Origin: an uncultured Ruminobacter sp.
GTDB taxonomy: Bacteria; Pseudomonadota; Gammaproteobacteria; Enterobacterales; Succinivibrionaceae
Assembly (NCBI GenBank): GCA_900767005.1
Contig: CAAFXL010000096.1
Coordinates: forward strand, 1 to 38,219
Direction of reading: 5' to 3'
DNA length: 38,219 nt
A model generated the notes under the pieces. It was given only the letters and a program-made list of their open reading frames with translations, ran no database searches and was not told the origin of the DNA. Positions 23,551 to 32,771 of this stretch are shown here, in pieces (the first letter of the stretch is position 1; each line of letters opens with the position of its first letter). A program made the translations under genes and the position numbers.

Positions 23551-23617
23551 ATCATTTTTGTTTTACTCCATGTAGTTTCTCACTATGTTTTATGTTTCTT
23601 TGAGTTCTAACCCCCAG

Positions 23618-23641
23618 AAGAGCCCTCATAGGGCTTTTTTG
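23618..23641 (+). terminator. Rho-independent terminator between the candidate late promoter and the first late gene
   Basis: Stem aagagccc/gggctttt with a 5-nt loop and a T run. It lies about 30 nt upstream of the 23671 ATG. Confidence 0.75.
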
Positions 23642-23670
23642 TTTGCTAATTTTAATTAAAGGAGGTATTA

Positions 23671-24006
23671 ATGCCAGAGCAAGAATACATTTATGTTTTA
23701 TCTATCAAGCGGAGTATCTATAAATCACTTGAGATAATAGGCGCTTTTACTAATATAGCGAACGCCAAAAAAGAAGTTTTAAAAAACTTTGAAACATATA
23801 ACAAAGATAACCCAACGAAGAAAATAAAATATCGACCTAAAAACTGGGAGCGCTCAAAAAAAGATGGGCGCTTTTATTTTTATTCGTTGACCGATGATTT
23901 ACAGTCGTTTTATCAAATCACAAAATTAAAAATAAATCCTGGGTGCATCGTTGAATATGGCAAAGGAAAGGAAAGAAGAAACAAAGCAGTTAAAAATATT
24001 AATTGA
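23671..24006 (+). CDS. Hypothetical protein, first gene of the late operon
   Basis: RBS aaaggagg. 111 aa and basic. Confidence 0.55.
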   Translation: MPEQEYIYVLSIKRSIYKSLEIIGAFTNIANAKKEVLKNFETYNKDNPTKKIKYRPKNWERSKKDGRFYFYSLTDDLQSFYQITKLKINPGCIVEYGKGKERRNKAVKNIN

Positions 24007-24032
24007 TGAACAAATGAGGAGGTGTTAAAGTC

Positions 24033-24554
24033 GTGTCTAATATCAAAAATAAAAAGAAATTTAGAAAAAAGAATCTTCAAATAGGCAATGACAAAATTAC
24101 ACCTGGTGAGCCTTTAACAATGGAGTATTGGACATCAATTGAAGGACTTCAAATCATAGTAGGCTTAATTCTCGATGGCAATGACATTAAAGACATTGTT
24201 AAAGATTACATGCTGATTACTCATCAAACGTTCTTGAATTGGTGCAAAAAATGCCCCGAGTTAAACAAAATACGACTTTTAAAACAAGACTCTTATGATG
24301 CGATGGTAAAAAGCGCATTGCTAAGAAGTTGCGCGGGGTTCTATGAAAATGGCTTATATTATCCACCTAATCCAAAGAGTATAGCTCTATGGTTTGAGCT
24401 AAAACAAAAAAATATTGACTTGCTAGCGATTGAAAATAACAAGCCCCAAATTAATGTTTCAATCAATTTTGATGATGGAAGAAGTGAAGAGATTAAAAGT
24501 CTTGATAAAGACATCCCAAGTGATGAAAACTTGCAAGATGGGAAGGATGAATAA
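24033..24554 (+). CDS. Terminase small subunit (by position)
   Basis: GTG start follows gaggagg. 173 aa with a basic N-terminus and an HTH-like centre. Its stop overlaps the terL ATG (ATAATG). Confidence 0.55.
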   Translation: MSNIKNKKKFRKKNLQIGNDKITPGEPLTMEYWTSIEGLQIIVGLILDGNDIKDIVKDYMLITHQTFLNWCKKCPELNKIRLLKQDSYDAMVKSALLRSCAGFYENGLYYPPNPKSIALWFELKQKNIDLLAIENNKPQINVSINFDDGRSEEIKSLDKDIPSDENLQDGKDE

Positions 24555-25972
24555 TGAACAATATTATTTTTACTCCTAAAGTCCCATTAATCTATAAGCC
24601 CCTATGGGATGAAAACAAGCCAAGAAGATTAATTGATCAATCCAAAAACAAAATTCTTGAAGGGTTAGGGATTGAACCTTTAAACGTTATTAATGAATAT
24701 GTTTTACAAAGCGGAAGAATCAGCGGAAAGACTACAGAATGCAGAGAGTATATTTTATATCGTTTAATGACCATTGAAGGCGCTAATATGGTGGTTACAA
24801 GAGCTGACCAAATCGATATTAGAAGTACAGTATTTAATGGCTTTGTGGGGTTAATCAACAAAATTACAAATAACCATCCTGACGATTGGTTTGACATTAA
24901 AATGTCGCCTTTTTCCATCACTTTTAAACCAAATGGAAATAAAATTTATTTTCTTGCAATTAATGGCGATATTAACAGATCTAAAGGTTTTGAGATAACT
25001 AAAGGCTATCTTGACGTAGTATGGCACGAAGAATGCAATGAAAATGATAAAGCCGACTTTATCGAAGCTTCAAATATGACTTTTTTAAGATTTTTTAAAA
25101 AGTGTTCAAAAATCTTTTATGCTTTCAATACTGAGCCAATTAGAAACCATTGGAGCAATATCCATTTCAAACAAAAGATAAGAGCTGGAGAAGCAATGAG
25201 AATATATGCGACTTGGAAAGACATTTATAAATTTTTGGATGGGTCAACTATTCAAAAGATACTTGATGACAGGTCAAGAAACATTGACTATTATCGATAT
25301 TGGTATTTAGGGCATTTAGTCAATTTAACTGGTTTAGTTTTCCCACAATTCAATAGGTCAAGACATCTTGTGAAAGTTAATTGTGATATTATCGCGTATC
25401 AAATTGGTTCAATCATTATTTCAATTGATGCCGCGAATAAGAACGATGCAACTGCTGCGATTCTTTTAGGTGTTTTAAACGATGGGCGATTGCTCGCCCT
25501 TGATTGTATGTATTATGAACCACTAGGAAGAGAAGGACAAAGAGATATAGGGCAGAAAAACGATTTAGAGGTTTGTGAAATGATTTGTAAATGGTGGCTA
25601 AATTGTAAAGAGCGCTATAAAGGACTTTCAGAGATTAGAAGAGTATATGGCATTGTGGACAATGCAAACTGGTCTTTAATGTCGTTGTTGCAACAATCTG
25701 CAACTTTAAACTATGCTTATTGGCAACCTGCTACAGACAAGATTATTTTAAGAGACACTAAAAGACTACAAAACATGCTTGGTCGTGATTTAATACTATT
25801 CAACATGGCGAGTTATAACGATATTCATTGTGGAATAGAAGAAATTGAATCATATGTTTACGATGAAGATACCTTAGATATTGCAAAAAATCAAAAAGAC
25901 CACTTTATAGATAGTCTTAAGTATGGCACATATGCTTATAACTATCCTGAGATATATAAACAAAATTGTTAA
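24554..25972 (+). CDS. terL: Terminase large subunit
   Basis: Walker A-like SGRISGKTTE, then WHEECNE (Walker B / catalytic Glu region). Size, the C-terminal nuclease-like region and the position before portal all fit. Confidence 0.85.
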   Translation: MNNIIFTPKVPLIYKPLWDENKPRRLIDQSKNKILEGLGIEPLNVINEYVLQSGRISGKTTECREYILYRLMTIEGANMVVTRADQIDIRSTVFNGFVGLINKITNNHPDDWFDIKMSPFSITFKPNGNKIYFLAINGDINRSKGFEITKGYLDVVWHEECNENDKADFIEASNMTFLRFFKKCSKIFYAFNTEPIRNHWSNIHFKQKIRAGEAMRIYATWKDIYKFLDGSTIQKILDDRSRNIDYYRYWYLGHLVNLTGLVFPQFNRSRHLVKVNCDIIAYQIGSIIISIDAANKNDATAAILLGVLNDGRLLALDCMYYEPLGREGQRDIGQKNDLEVCEMICKWWLNCKERYKGLSEIRRVYGIVDNANWSLMSLLQQSATLNYAYWQPATDKIILRDTKRLQNMLGRDLILFNMASYNDIHCGIEEIESYVYDEDTLDIAKNQKDHFIDSLKYGTYAYNYPEIYKQNC

Positions 25973-25981
25973 GGAGGAATT

Positions 25982-27640
25982 ATGTCAGATTATATTTTAA
26001 ATCCTGCAAATTTAACTGTACCAAACACTGATTTTAATAAGTTATTTGGGCAGTATACACAATTTATTTATCAGCAATTAAGACAAAGATATTACAATGA
26101 CACTGGCTTTTTTGCAATGGCTCCGATAGCGTTAAAGAATTTTTATTTTACAACTTTAAAAAGGAATCTTGAATGGTTTAGGGGAGCAGTTCCGGGTATA
26201 CATCCTTATGGGATTTTTCCATGTTTTCAAGGCTCATCAGCTTGTAATTGTGTTGCTAATATGGTTTCCGCTGGAGACTTTAGAATTGAAGCAGAAGACC
26301 CACGACATAAGCAATATATCGAAGATATGATTAATTACAAGAAAGTGAGAAAAAAACTCAAAAGAAGCCTTCCAATGTGGCTTGCTTGCGGTTTTATGCT
26401 TGCTGTAATTGATGTTAATGGTAAAGATGAATGGACTATCAACTATTCAAATGGTAATCGTTACTTTGTCGAAGTTGATGATGAGGGGAAAGTTTTAGCG
26501 TTTAGGCGAATGATAATGTTTAGAAGCTCATCAATCGATAATACTGACAAAGGATATTATTTAGTTGAGGATAGATGGCTTAAATCTATCGAAGGAAGAA
26601 ATAGATGTTTCCATGCTTATCAAGTGTATCAAGGGAAATCAAGCGCTCAAGACATTAATTCTACGCTATCACCATGCTTTAATCCACCTGATAAGATTTT
26701 AAACGAATTAAGGCAAAAATTAGGCGTTTATGAATTAAACACAATCTATGAATTGCCTTTTGAAAATCATATTGGTGCAGTTGTCATTAATGCAACAAAA
26801 ACTTGTCTAGGCATTGAAGACCATCCGGAGTTAAGCGACTCAATATTAGATGGTGCGCAAACATTTTTGCTTGAATACGACCAAACATTTACATCGAAAC
26901 AAAAAGATAGAATAATGGCTGATAAAGGTGTAATTGTACCTGAAGCAATGCTTCCAACTGATTTTACAGTGTCATCACCTGAAACATATAACCAATATTT
27001 AAACTATGTAGATTTAAAGAAAAATGGTCTTTCAAATGTGTTTAGAAGTGTAAAATCAATGGCACCGGACAAGCAAGCGCCTTTCTTTTTCCAATCTGAT
27101 TATAGGCAATCTGACTACAATGCTGATTTAGACCAAATTAAAGGAAGAATAGCGGATGCGATAAAAATTAGCCCTGCCGACTTTGGAAGTCGAACTCAAA
27201 TTGGAGATGGTGGAAGTAATAAAACTGCAACCGAAATCACAGCATTAACAGGAATATCCAAAACCACTGTAGAAGAAATGAGATTATCCATTTCTGATGG
27301 TATGGAAGAATTATTTAGAGTCATTTTAAAACATGCTTTTAACGATGAAAATGCAAAATGTTCAATGGTGTTTAATTCTTCTCAAAGTGCTGACCCAATG
27401 TCTGAAACTGAAGATATCATCAAACAAAAAGATGCTGGATTGTTAAGCCGTAAAGTTGCTATTCAAAGAAAGAATCCAAACTTATCAAATGAAGAAATTG
27501 ACAAATTGATTGAAGAAATCAAGATGGACGAACAAGAGCAACAACAAAATGATATATTTGCTCAAAATGGAGGCGATGAATTTGACTACGGACAGGATGA
27601 AAATATCACGCCAGAAGGCGATAACATTAACGCAGATTAG
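25982..27640 (+). CDS. Portal protein
   Basis: 552 aa immediately after terL, with an acidic C-terminal tail. Order is typical of SPP1-like head modules. Confidence 0.7.
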   Translation: MSDYILNPANLTVPNTDFNKLFGQYTQFIYQQLRQRYYNDTGFFAMAPIALKNFYFTTLKRNLEWFRGAVPGIHPYGIFPCFQGSSACNCVANMVSAGDFRIEAEDPRHKQYIEDMINYKKVRKKLKRSLPMWLACGFMLAVIDVNGKDEWTINYSNGNRYFVEVDDEGKVLAFRRMIMFRSSSIDNTDKGYYLVEDRWLKSIEGRNRCFHAYQVYQGKSSAQDINSTLSPCFNPPDKILNELRQKLGVYELNTIYELPFENHIGAVVINATKTCLGIEDHPELSDSILDGAQTFLLEYDQTFTSKQKDRIMADKGVIVPEAMLPTDFTVSSPETYNQYLNYVDLKKNGLSNVFRSVKSMAPDKQAPFFFQSDYRQSDYNADLDQIKGRIADAIKISPADFGSRTQIGDGGSNKTATEITALTGISKTTVEEMRLSISDGMEELFRVILKHAFNDENAKCSMVFNSSQSADPMSETEDIIKQKDAGLLSRKVAIQRKNPNLSNEEIDKLIEEIKMDEQEQQQNDIFAQNGGDEFDYGQDENITPEGDNINAD

Positions 27641-28781
27641 AAAACTAGAAGCAAAAATCAAAACAACAATAGTGAAAAATGCTCATAGTGGTGTTTCAAA
27701 AATTAACACTATAAAAGATATTCAAAAATTAATTCTAAGTAATTTAAAAGTTTTTAATATTTTGGAAAATCCAAAGTATTATATTGATTCATCGAATTAT
27801 TGGGCGAATGTTTATGCTAATAGTTATTACAAAAAAATTAACGCGATTAAAACTTCATTATTTGCTACTTTGCTCTTGTTAAAGAATAAATCCAAAGAAG
27901 AATATCAGGAAATTAACAAAAAAAACATCTTACCATTGGATGAAAAACAAAATGTTTTATCACCTAAAGAAGAAAAGAAAAAAATCAATGTTGTCAAAAA
28001 TATTGTTGAAAAACTTAAAAAATTTAAAACAACAACGCCAATAAAAGAGGCTATTAACATTATTGATGATGAACATATTATTGAATATGCAAAAGGTCTT
28101 TTGCCAAATATGCCAAACTACAAAAAAATGGTAAAAGATGAAATGAATTTGCTTGCTACTAGAAATTTTGGCGGTATTCCAACAATTGATAAAAATGGGA
28201 GAGTCTATTATGGGCGCTCCCTTTTTGCTAGCGCTGAAAGAGATATTAGATTTAATTATCACTTTCAAAAAATAAACGAAATGAAAGCGAAAGGAGTAAC
28301 AAATGTTTGGGTAACTTCACATGCCAATTGTTCAAAACGATGCCAACCATTTCAGGGGCGAGCTTATACCCTAGATGGAACTACAAGAACTATTGATGGA
28401 ATCACTTTAGAACCAATAGAAAACGCAACTGAAATTTATGTAACTACAAAAAGTGGTAAAGTATGGCGAAATGGTCTTTTTGGTTTTAATTGTCGACACG
28501 ATTTAAAAGAATTTACTCCACGAAGTAAAGCCCCTGTAAGTTATAGTGCGGAAGAAATTGATAAAATGCGCGGAATTGAATCAAAACAAAGAGCATTTGA
28601 AAGAAGACTTTATCAAATTGATATGCAACGCGCAATTTATGAAAGTGCAGGCGATAAAGAATCTTTATCAGAAGCCAATAGATTAAGACAAAAATATAAA
28701 ATTCTTGAAACAAAATACAAATTGTTTTGCGAAAAAAACCAAGTTAAACCGCAACCATCAAGATATAAAACTTGGTTATAA
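27597..28781 (+). CDS. Head morphogenesis protein, MuF / SPP1 gp7-like
   Basis: The C-terminal region VTSHANCSKRCQPFQGRAYTLDG ... GFNCRHDL fits the MuF-like pattern. Start is uncertain: the ORF is open from 27510 and overlaps the portal end. Confidence 0.6.
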   Translation: MKISRQKAITLTQIRKLEAKIKTTIVKNAHSGVSKINTIKDIQKLILSNLKVFNILENPKYYIDSSNYWANVYANSYYKKINAIKTSLFATLLLLKNKSKEEYQEINKKNILPLDEKQNVLSPKEEKKKINVVKNIVEKLKKFKTTTPIKEAINIIDDEHIIEYAKGLLPNMPNYKKMVKDEMNLLATRNFGGIPTIDKNGRVYYGRSLFASAERDIRFNYHFQKINEMKAKGVTNVWVTSHANCSKRCQPFQGRAYTLDGTTRTIDGITLEPIENATEIYVTTKSGKVWRNGLFGFNCRHDLKEFTPRSKAPVSYSAEEIDKMRGIESKQRAFERRLYQIDMQRAIYESAGDKESLSEANRLRQKYKILETKYKLFCEKNQVKPQPSRYKTWL

Positions 28782-28798
28782 AGGAGGATGTAAAAGCA

Positions 28799-29431
28799 AT
28801 GCTTTTTAAATACATCAAAAATAAAATTCAAGAAAGGAGGAAAAAGAAGAGCATGGATAAAATCATTCTTGAATTAAAAAAATTGCTTGATAATGGTGCT
28901 TTAAGTCAAGAAGAGTATAACTTGGCTATATCAAAACTACAACCTGAAAATTCATCTAATCCAAATGATGAAAAATCTTCTGAACCAATTGAATCAGGTG
29001 AAAAAGATAATAGCGAAGATATACAAGAAGTGGAAAATCAAGAAAATGAGTCCGGTGCGGATGAAGTTGAAAACATTGAAGAAGAATCTAAATCCGAAGA
29101 TGAAATCAATGATGATGAAGATGAAATCAATGATGATGAAACTTTTGAGACCGAGAACGAACCTCTTGATAATCCATCTGCTATAGACAATGAGCAAATT
29201 AATCAAGAACCAAACCAAACTTCTCAAACAACACCAGAAGGAGATAATGGTAATGTTTTAAATGTTATTTTAGAAAAATTAACAGCTTTAGAACAAAAAG
29301 TAGAATCTATTTCTACTAATACAGGTGTTGACCCAACAAAACCACTAGGAAAATATAATCAAAAATTTGACAACCAAAAAGAAGACTATGGTGATTATGG
29401 TCCTGGTGTAAGAACCATTTATTCAAAATAG
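28799..29431 (+). CDS. Acidic scaffolding protein with an N-terminal SHOCT-like motif
   Basis: Lies between the MuF-like and capsid genes. The centre is extremely D/E-rich. LKKLLDNGALSQEEYNLAISKL is SHOCT-like. Start is 28799 or 28853. Confidence 0.6.
   Translation: MLFKYIKNKIQERRKKKSMDKIILELKKLLDNGALSQEEYNLAISKLQPENSSNPNDEKSSEPIESGEKDNSEDIQEVENQENESGADEVENIEEESKSEDEINDDEDEINDDETFETENEPLDNPSAIDNEQINQEPNQTSQTTPEGDNGNVLNVILEKLTALEQKVESISTNTGVDPTKPLGKYNQKFDNQKEDYGDYGPGVRTIYSK
29096..29137. repeat. 21-nt tandem duplication in the scaffold gene
   Basis: gaagatgaaatcaatgatgat occurs twice in tandem and encodes EDEINDDEDEINDD. Confidence 0.9.
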
Positions 29432-29451
29432 AAAAAGGAGGATTTAATTAA

Positions 29452-30801
29452 ATGGCTAATATTACAGATGCAATTTTAGATAAATACCTCAGCGGAAGTG
29501 GAGCAACTAAAAAATCAGCTCAAGGTTATACTTACGTTGATGGTAACGCATTACCAAATGTTATTTCAAACGCAGTTTTAACTGCATATCTTGCTAAAAC
29601 TTGGATTGTTCCAGGTGTTGGATGTACTGAAGAATTTGTCGCAGGTTATGATACTCAAAAAATTAATTCAGTCTATGTTGAAATGCAAGCTGACATTGGT
29701 CCAACCACTCGTACAATTGGCGAAGGTGGTACCAGTGGCAATTCTGGTATTATCAACTTACAACCATCAATCATGGTTTCAACAGAAATGTTTGAAATCC
29801 CTTTAAAACAAGTTGATGATCAACCTTTATTCTTCCCAAGAATGCAACTTGAAACAATGAGATATGATAAGACTAAAAAAGCCTTAGCAAATCATATCGA
29901 CAACATGGTACTTTCAAGAGCAACTTATGAAACAGCTGTAGCAATTCAATATGCTTTATTTAGAGCTTCAAAAGAATATACCGCTAGTGGCAATACTGCT
30001 GGAGCATTACCAAGCGCTCAATTCGTTGAAGTTGATTCAACAAAATTCTATGATGACAATTACATTATTTCAGTCTTAGACAAATTAGATGAATTAATGG
30101 ATAATGGTGATGAATTAATGCAAACAATGTCATTCAGTGGCCCAAGAGCATTAGTTGGAAGATTATCATTCTTAGATAAACTTAAATCACCAAAATCAGG
30201 ATTCGTTCAAACCGCTGCAAGTGCTGCATACGATTTATTGATTTCTGAAAACTTTGACTCAAGTTCAGTAAATGATATTTTTGAAGGCACAACCGAAAGA
30301 AAATATCTTGATATAAGAGGTTACTCATGCTATACAGTACCAGCACAAGCATGGAAATATGTTGAAACTTGGTTAGGATTGTCCGAAGGTAAACTTAAAA
30401 ATGTCTTAGGAATTGTTGTTTCACCTCAACAACTTGCAACAGGTGGAGTTACTGAAGATAACACTATTGTTAAAGATACTACATATCCTGCTATTGGTGT
30501 TGGAGCATATCCATACCGTAAATTCGGTGCAAGAGGATATAGAAATATTATTGTTATCGTTGATAGCGGATTTAAAGCACAAGCTTCAGCAGGAGATTTT
30601 GCAACACTTATGGGAACTAAAGGATCAGGAGCACCTATTGAATCATTAACTGGATTAGTTGCACCACTCAACTTTAAGACAAGAACTATTGTTGAAAATA
30701 ATATTGCAGGTGGTCCTGCTATTCAAATTGCAGCAGTAGGCGACAGCAAGTCTAAAGCTGGAAAAGTAACCGGATTAGAATTACCAGAGAAATCTGAATA
30801 A
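29452..30801 (+). CDS. Major capsid protein
   Basis: 449 aa with a strong RBS aaaggagg. It follows the scaffold gene and is itself followed by a strong terminator, which is typical placement. Confidence 0.75.
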   Translation: MANITDAILDKYLSGSGATKKSAQGYTYVDGNALPNVISNAVLTAYLAKTWIVPGVGCTEEFVAGYDTQKINSVYVEMQADIGPTTRTIGEGGTSGNSGIINLQPSIMVSTEMFEIPLKQVDDQPLFFPRMQLETMRYDKTKKALANHIDNMVLSRATYETAVAIQYALFRASKEYTASGNTAGALPSAQFVEVDSTKFYDDNYIISVLDKLDELMDNGDELMQTMSFSGPRALVGRLSFLDKLKSPKSGFVQTAASAAYDLLISENFDSSSVNDIFEGTTERKYLDIRGYSCYTVPAQAWKYVETWLGLSEGKLKNVLGIVVSPQQLATGGVTEDNTIVKDTTYPAIGVGAYPYRKFGARGYRNIIVIVDSGFKAQASAGDFATLMGTKGSGAPIESLTGLVAPLNFKTRTIVENNIAGGPAIQIAAVGDSKSKAGKVTGLELPEKSE

Positions 30802-30814
30802 TTAATAATTTTCT

Positions 30815-30849
30815 AAGAGAAGTTGAAGAAATTTGACTTCTCTTTTTTT
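30815..30849 (+). terminator. Rho-independent terminator after the capsid gene
   Basis: 9-bp stem aagagaagt/acttctctt with a 12-nt loop and a 7-nt T run. Confidence 0.75.
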
Positions 30850-30904
30850 ATCACAAAAAGAGTGTTAAGTGGTGCAAATCCACTATTGTGAAAGGAGAAA
30901 TAAT

Positions 30905-31270
30905 ATGAAAACAAAATTAAATCACGGCGGACATCAACAACCAATTGACGAAGGTGGAAAATATCTTTCAAGCAAAGACAAAGAAAAAGAAACCAAAGAT
31001 AATGGCTTAAAACGTACACCGCAAGAAAAAGCGTTAGATTACAACGCTCAAAAACCAACATTTGAAAGCGATAATAAAGCCCCACAGGAAGAAGATTCTT
31101 TATCTATTATTCAAGACCTTATCGCGGATGAATACGAGGCTATAGATGGCTATAAATACGCTATAGAACACATACATAATGAATTAATTCAAAATGAATT
31201 TAAAACAATTCTTGAAGAAGAAGAAAAGCATATTAAAATGCTTGATTCTATAAAAGAAAAACTAAAATAG
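30905..31270 (+). CDS. Small protein with the shared N-terminal module plus a two-helix ferritin-like (E-x6-Y ... ExxH) C-terminus
   Basis: ATG at 30905 follows aaaggag. The N-terminus MKTKLNHGGHQQPI is shared with the next gene. The C-terminus reads LIADEYEAIDGYKYAIEHIHNELIQNEFKTILEEEEKHIKML. Confidence 0.6.
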   Translation: MKTKLNHGGHQQPIDEGGKYLSSKDKEKETKDNGLKRTPQEKALDYNAQKPTFESDNKAPQEEDSLSIIQDLIADEYEAIDGYKYAIEHIHNELIQNEFKTILEEEEKHIKMLDSIKEKLK

Positions 31271-31280
31271 GAGGTTCCTT

Positions 31281-31886
31281 ATGCCAACAAAAAGAAATAA
31301 AGCTGGATATCAACAACCTTATGTTGGAAAAGGTCATGGCGATGAATCTGGAGAATATCGCGACAATGGATATGGTGGAAGTGCTCCTAGTGTAAATCAT
31401 GGTAGACAAAATGCACAAGTAACAAATAATTATTTAGATTATCAAACTAAACCAATTGAAAAAATGGGCAAAGAAAATCCGACTAACGAGGTATATGAAT
31501 TAAGAACTAATTATAAAAAGATTTTAAACAAATATATAACATATCCTGAGGGTACTTACGATTTATCAACTGGTAAAGAAATAACCTATAAGGATGGATA
31601 TCAAGTTTCCTTCCACCAAACTAGTGACAATTATAGTCAAGAAGAGTATAATAAAATTGTAGATGAATTAAAAACTATTTCTGGTTCAGGTGCTCATATT
31701 GGGGTTTTTGATGAAGAACCTGAAGTAAGTTTTCATTTTAATTCATTAGAAGAAGCTAAAAAAGTCATGAAGAAGTACAATCAACATTCTATATTTGACT
31801 GGAAAGCATATGCAACTGGTAGACCTAGTAAGGAATGGTATATTAAAAATGACAGTTTAGACAAATCTAAAAATAATGTATCATAA
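31281..31886 (+). CDS. Protein with the same N-terminal module plus an unrelated globular C-terminal domain
   Basis: N-terminus is MPTKRNKAGYQQPY and the second shared motif is LDYQTKP. C-terminal domain includes GYQVSFHQTSDNYSQEEYNKIV...IGVFDEEPEVSFHF. Confidence 0.6.
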   Translation: MPTKRNKAGYQQPYVGKGHGDESGEYRDNGYGGSAPSVNHGRQNAQVTNNYLDYQTKPIEKMGKENPTNEVYELRTNYKKILNKYITYPEGTYDLSTGKEITYKDGYQVSFHQTSDNYSQEEYNKIVDELKTISGSGAHIGVFDEEPEVSFHFNSLEEAKKVMKKYNQHSIFDWKAYATGRPSKEWYIKNDSLDKSKNNVS

Positions 31887-31907
31887 AAGAAAGGAGAAAC
31901 AATAAAT

Positions 31908-32186
31908 ATGAACATGGAATTAATCAAAAAATATATAGATCAATATAATGAAGATTACAATTTATTTTATCTTGCTACTGGTGGGGATGGCAATCAAGAA
32001 AAATTAAATGAAAGAATTGAAAAAAATGAGGAGCCTTTACTTGAACAAATGACTGATGAAGAAATTCGTTATTTGTCAAAGAATCATGCCCATGGTATGG
32101 GTGAAAGGATGTATTATCACGCAATTTTAAAAAGAAGACAAGAGCAAAAATTGTCAAAAGAGAATAAAGTTGTTATTAGTAAATAA
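31908..32186 (+). CDS. Hypothetical protein
   Basis: 92 aa with an RBS aaaggag. Last gene before the terminator. Confidence 0.5.
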   Translation: MNMELIKKYIDQYNEDYNLFYLATGGDGNQEKLNERIEKNEEPLLEQMTDEEIRYLSKNHAHGMGERMYYHAILKRRQEQKLSKENKVVISK

Positions 32187-32229
32187 TAATTAGAAATCAT
32201 AGACATTTAATGTACAGGCTATCACATAT

Positions 32230-32260
32230 AAAGCGGAAGTAAAAAATCCGCTTTTTATTT
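32230..32260 (+). terminator. Rho-independent terminator
   Basis: Stem aaagcgga/tccgcttt with a 9-nt loop, followed by tttttatttt. Confidence 0.7.
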
Positions 32261-32279
32261 TGGAAAGGAGAATAGAAAT

Positions 32280-32771
32280 ATGAAGTACAAAACCACTAAT
32301 TACAGTGATAGATTGATTTATGATAAAGGGACACATAGATTTAGTCTTGATGCAGAATGGGTTGAAGCAAATGTAAAAGATATCAATAGATATTCTACGG
32401 ATGTTCAATTACAAGAAGAATTAGACGCTCAAAGCGAATTGCTTTATGACTGGATATATTCAAGCATTCCTCTATCAAATATTAATTATGTTGAATATAT
32501 TCTAGCAAAAAATGAAGTTTGTATTAAACCAATTTATGAAGCGTTATATTTGATTCTTCTTTCAGATTTACAGGGGAATACAACTCAAGCAAGATTTTAT
32601 CTAGGTATTAACTTTAAATCTAATAATGCACTTGACAAAGAAACAATTAGAGCTTCTTTATTAACTGAAAATGTAAAGATGAAAATTGAAAATATTCCAG
32701 GTAATTTGCTCACTACTCGTTCTTTTGGAGTAATTTTGCCAAAAGATAGATACGAAAGGTGGGACTATTAA
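32280..32771 (+). CDS. Putative head-tail adaptor/connector protein (by position)
   Basis: First gene of the head-tail joining block. 163 aa with an RBS aaaggag. Confidence 0.4.
   Translation: MKYKTTNYSDRLIYDKGTHRFSLDAEWVEANVKDINRYSTDVQLQEELDAQSELLYDWIYSSIPLSNINYVEYILAKNEVCIKPIYEALYLILLSDLQGNTTQARFYLGINFKSNNALDKETIRASLLTENVKMKIENIPGNLLTTRSFGVILPKDRYERWDY

Noticed and set aside
23471-23617. Alternative attP immediately downstream of int, with loosely repeated GTTTAC/AGTTT strings
   Set aside because: There is no tRNA-like or clearly phased repeat structure here. The region is already accounted for by a promoter and terminator. This is not fully excluded, because immR-immA-int operons usually read into att. 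It is kept as the main alternative in the attP finding.
27510-27596. Upstream extension of the MuF-like ORF, overlapping the portal gene by 130 nt
   Set aside because: The extension has no RBS at 27510. A shorter start (27597, or nearby) gives a more usual overlap. The exact start remains uncertain.
28965-30649. Alternative-frame + strand ORFs in the scaffold and capsid genes (28965..29186, 29591..29806, 30413..30649)
   Set aside because: They are embedded out of frame in the scaffold and capsid genes without start signals.
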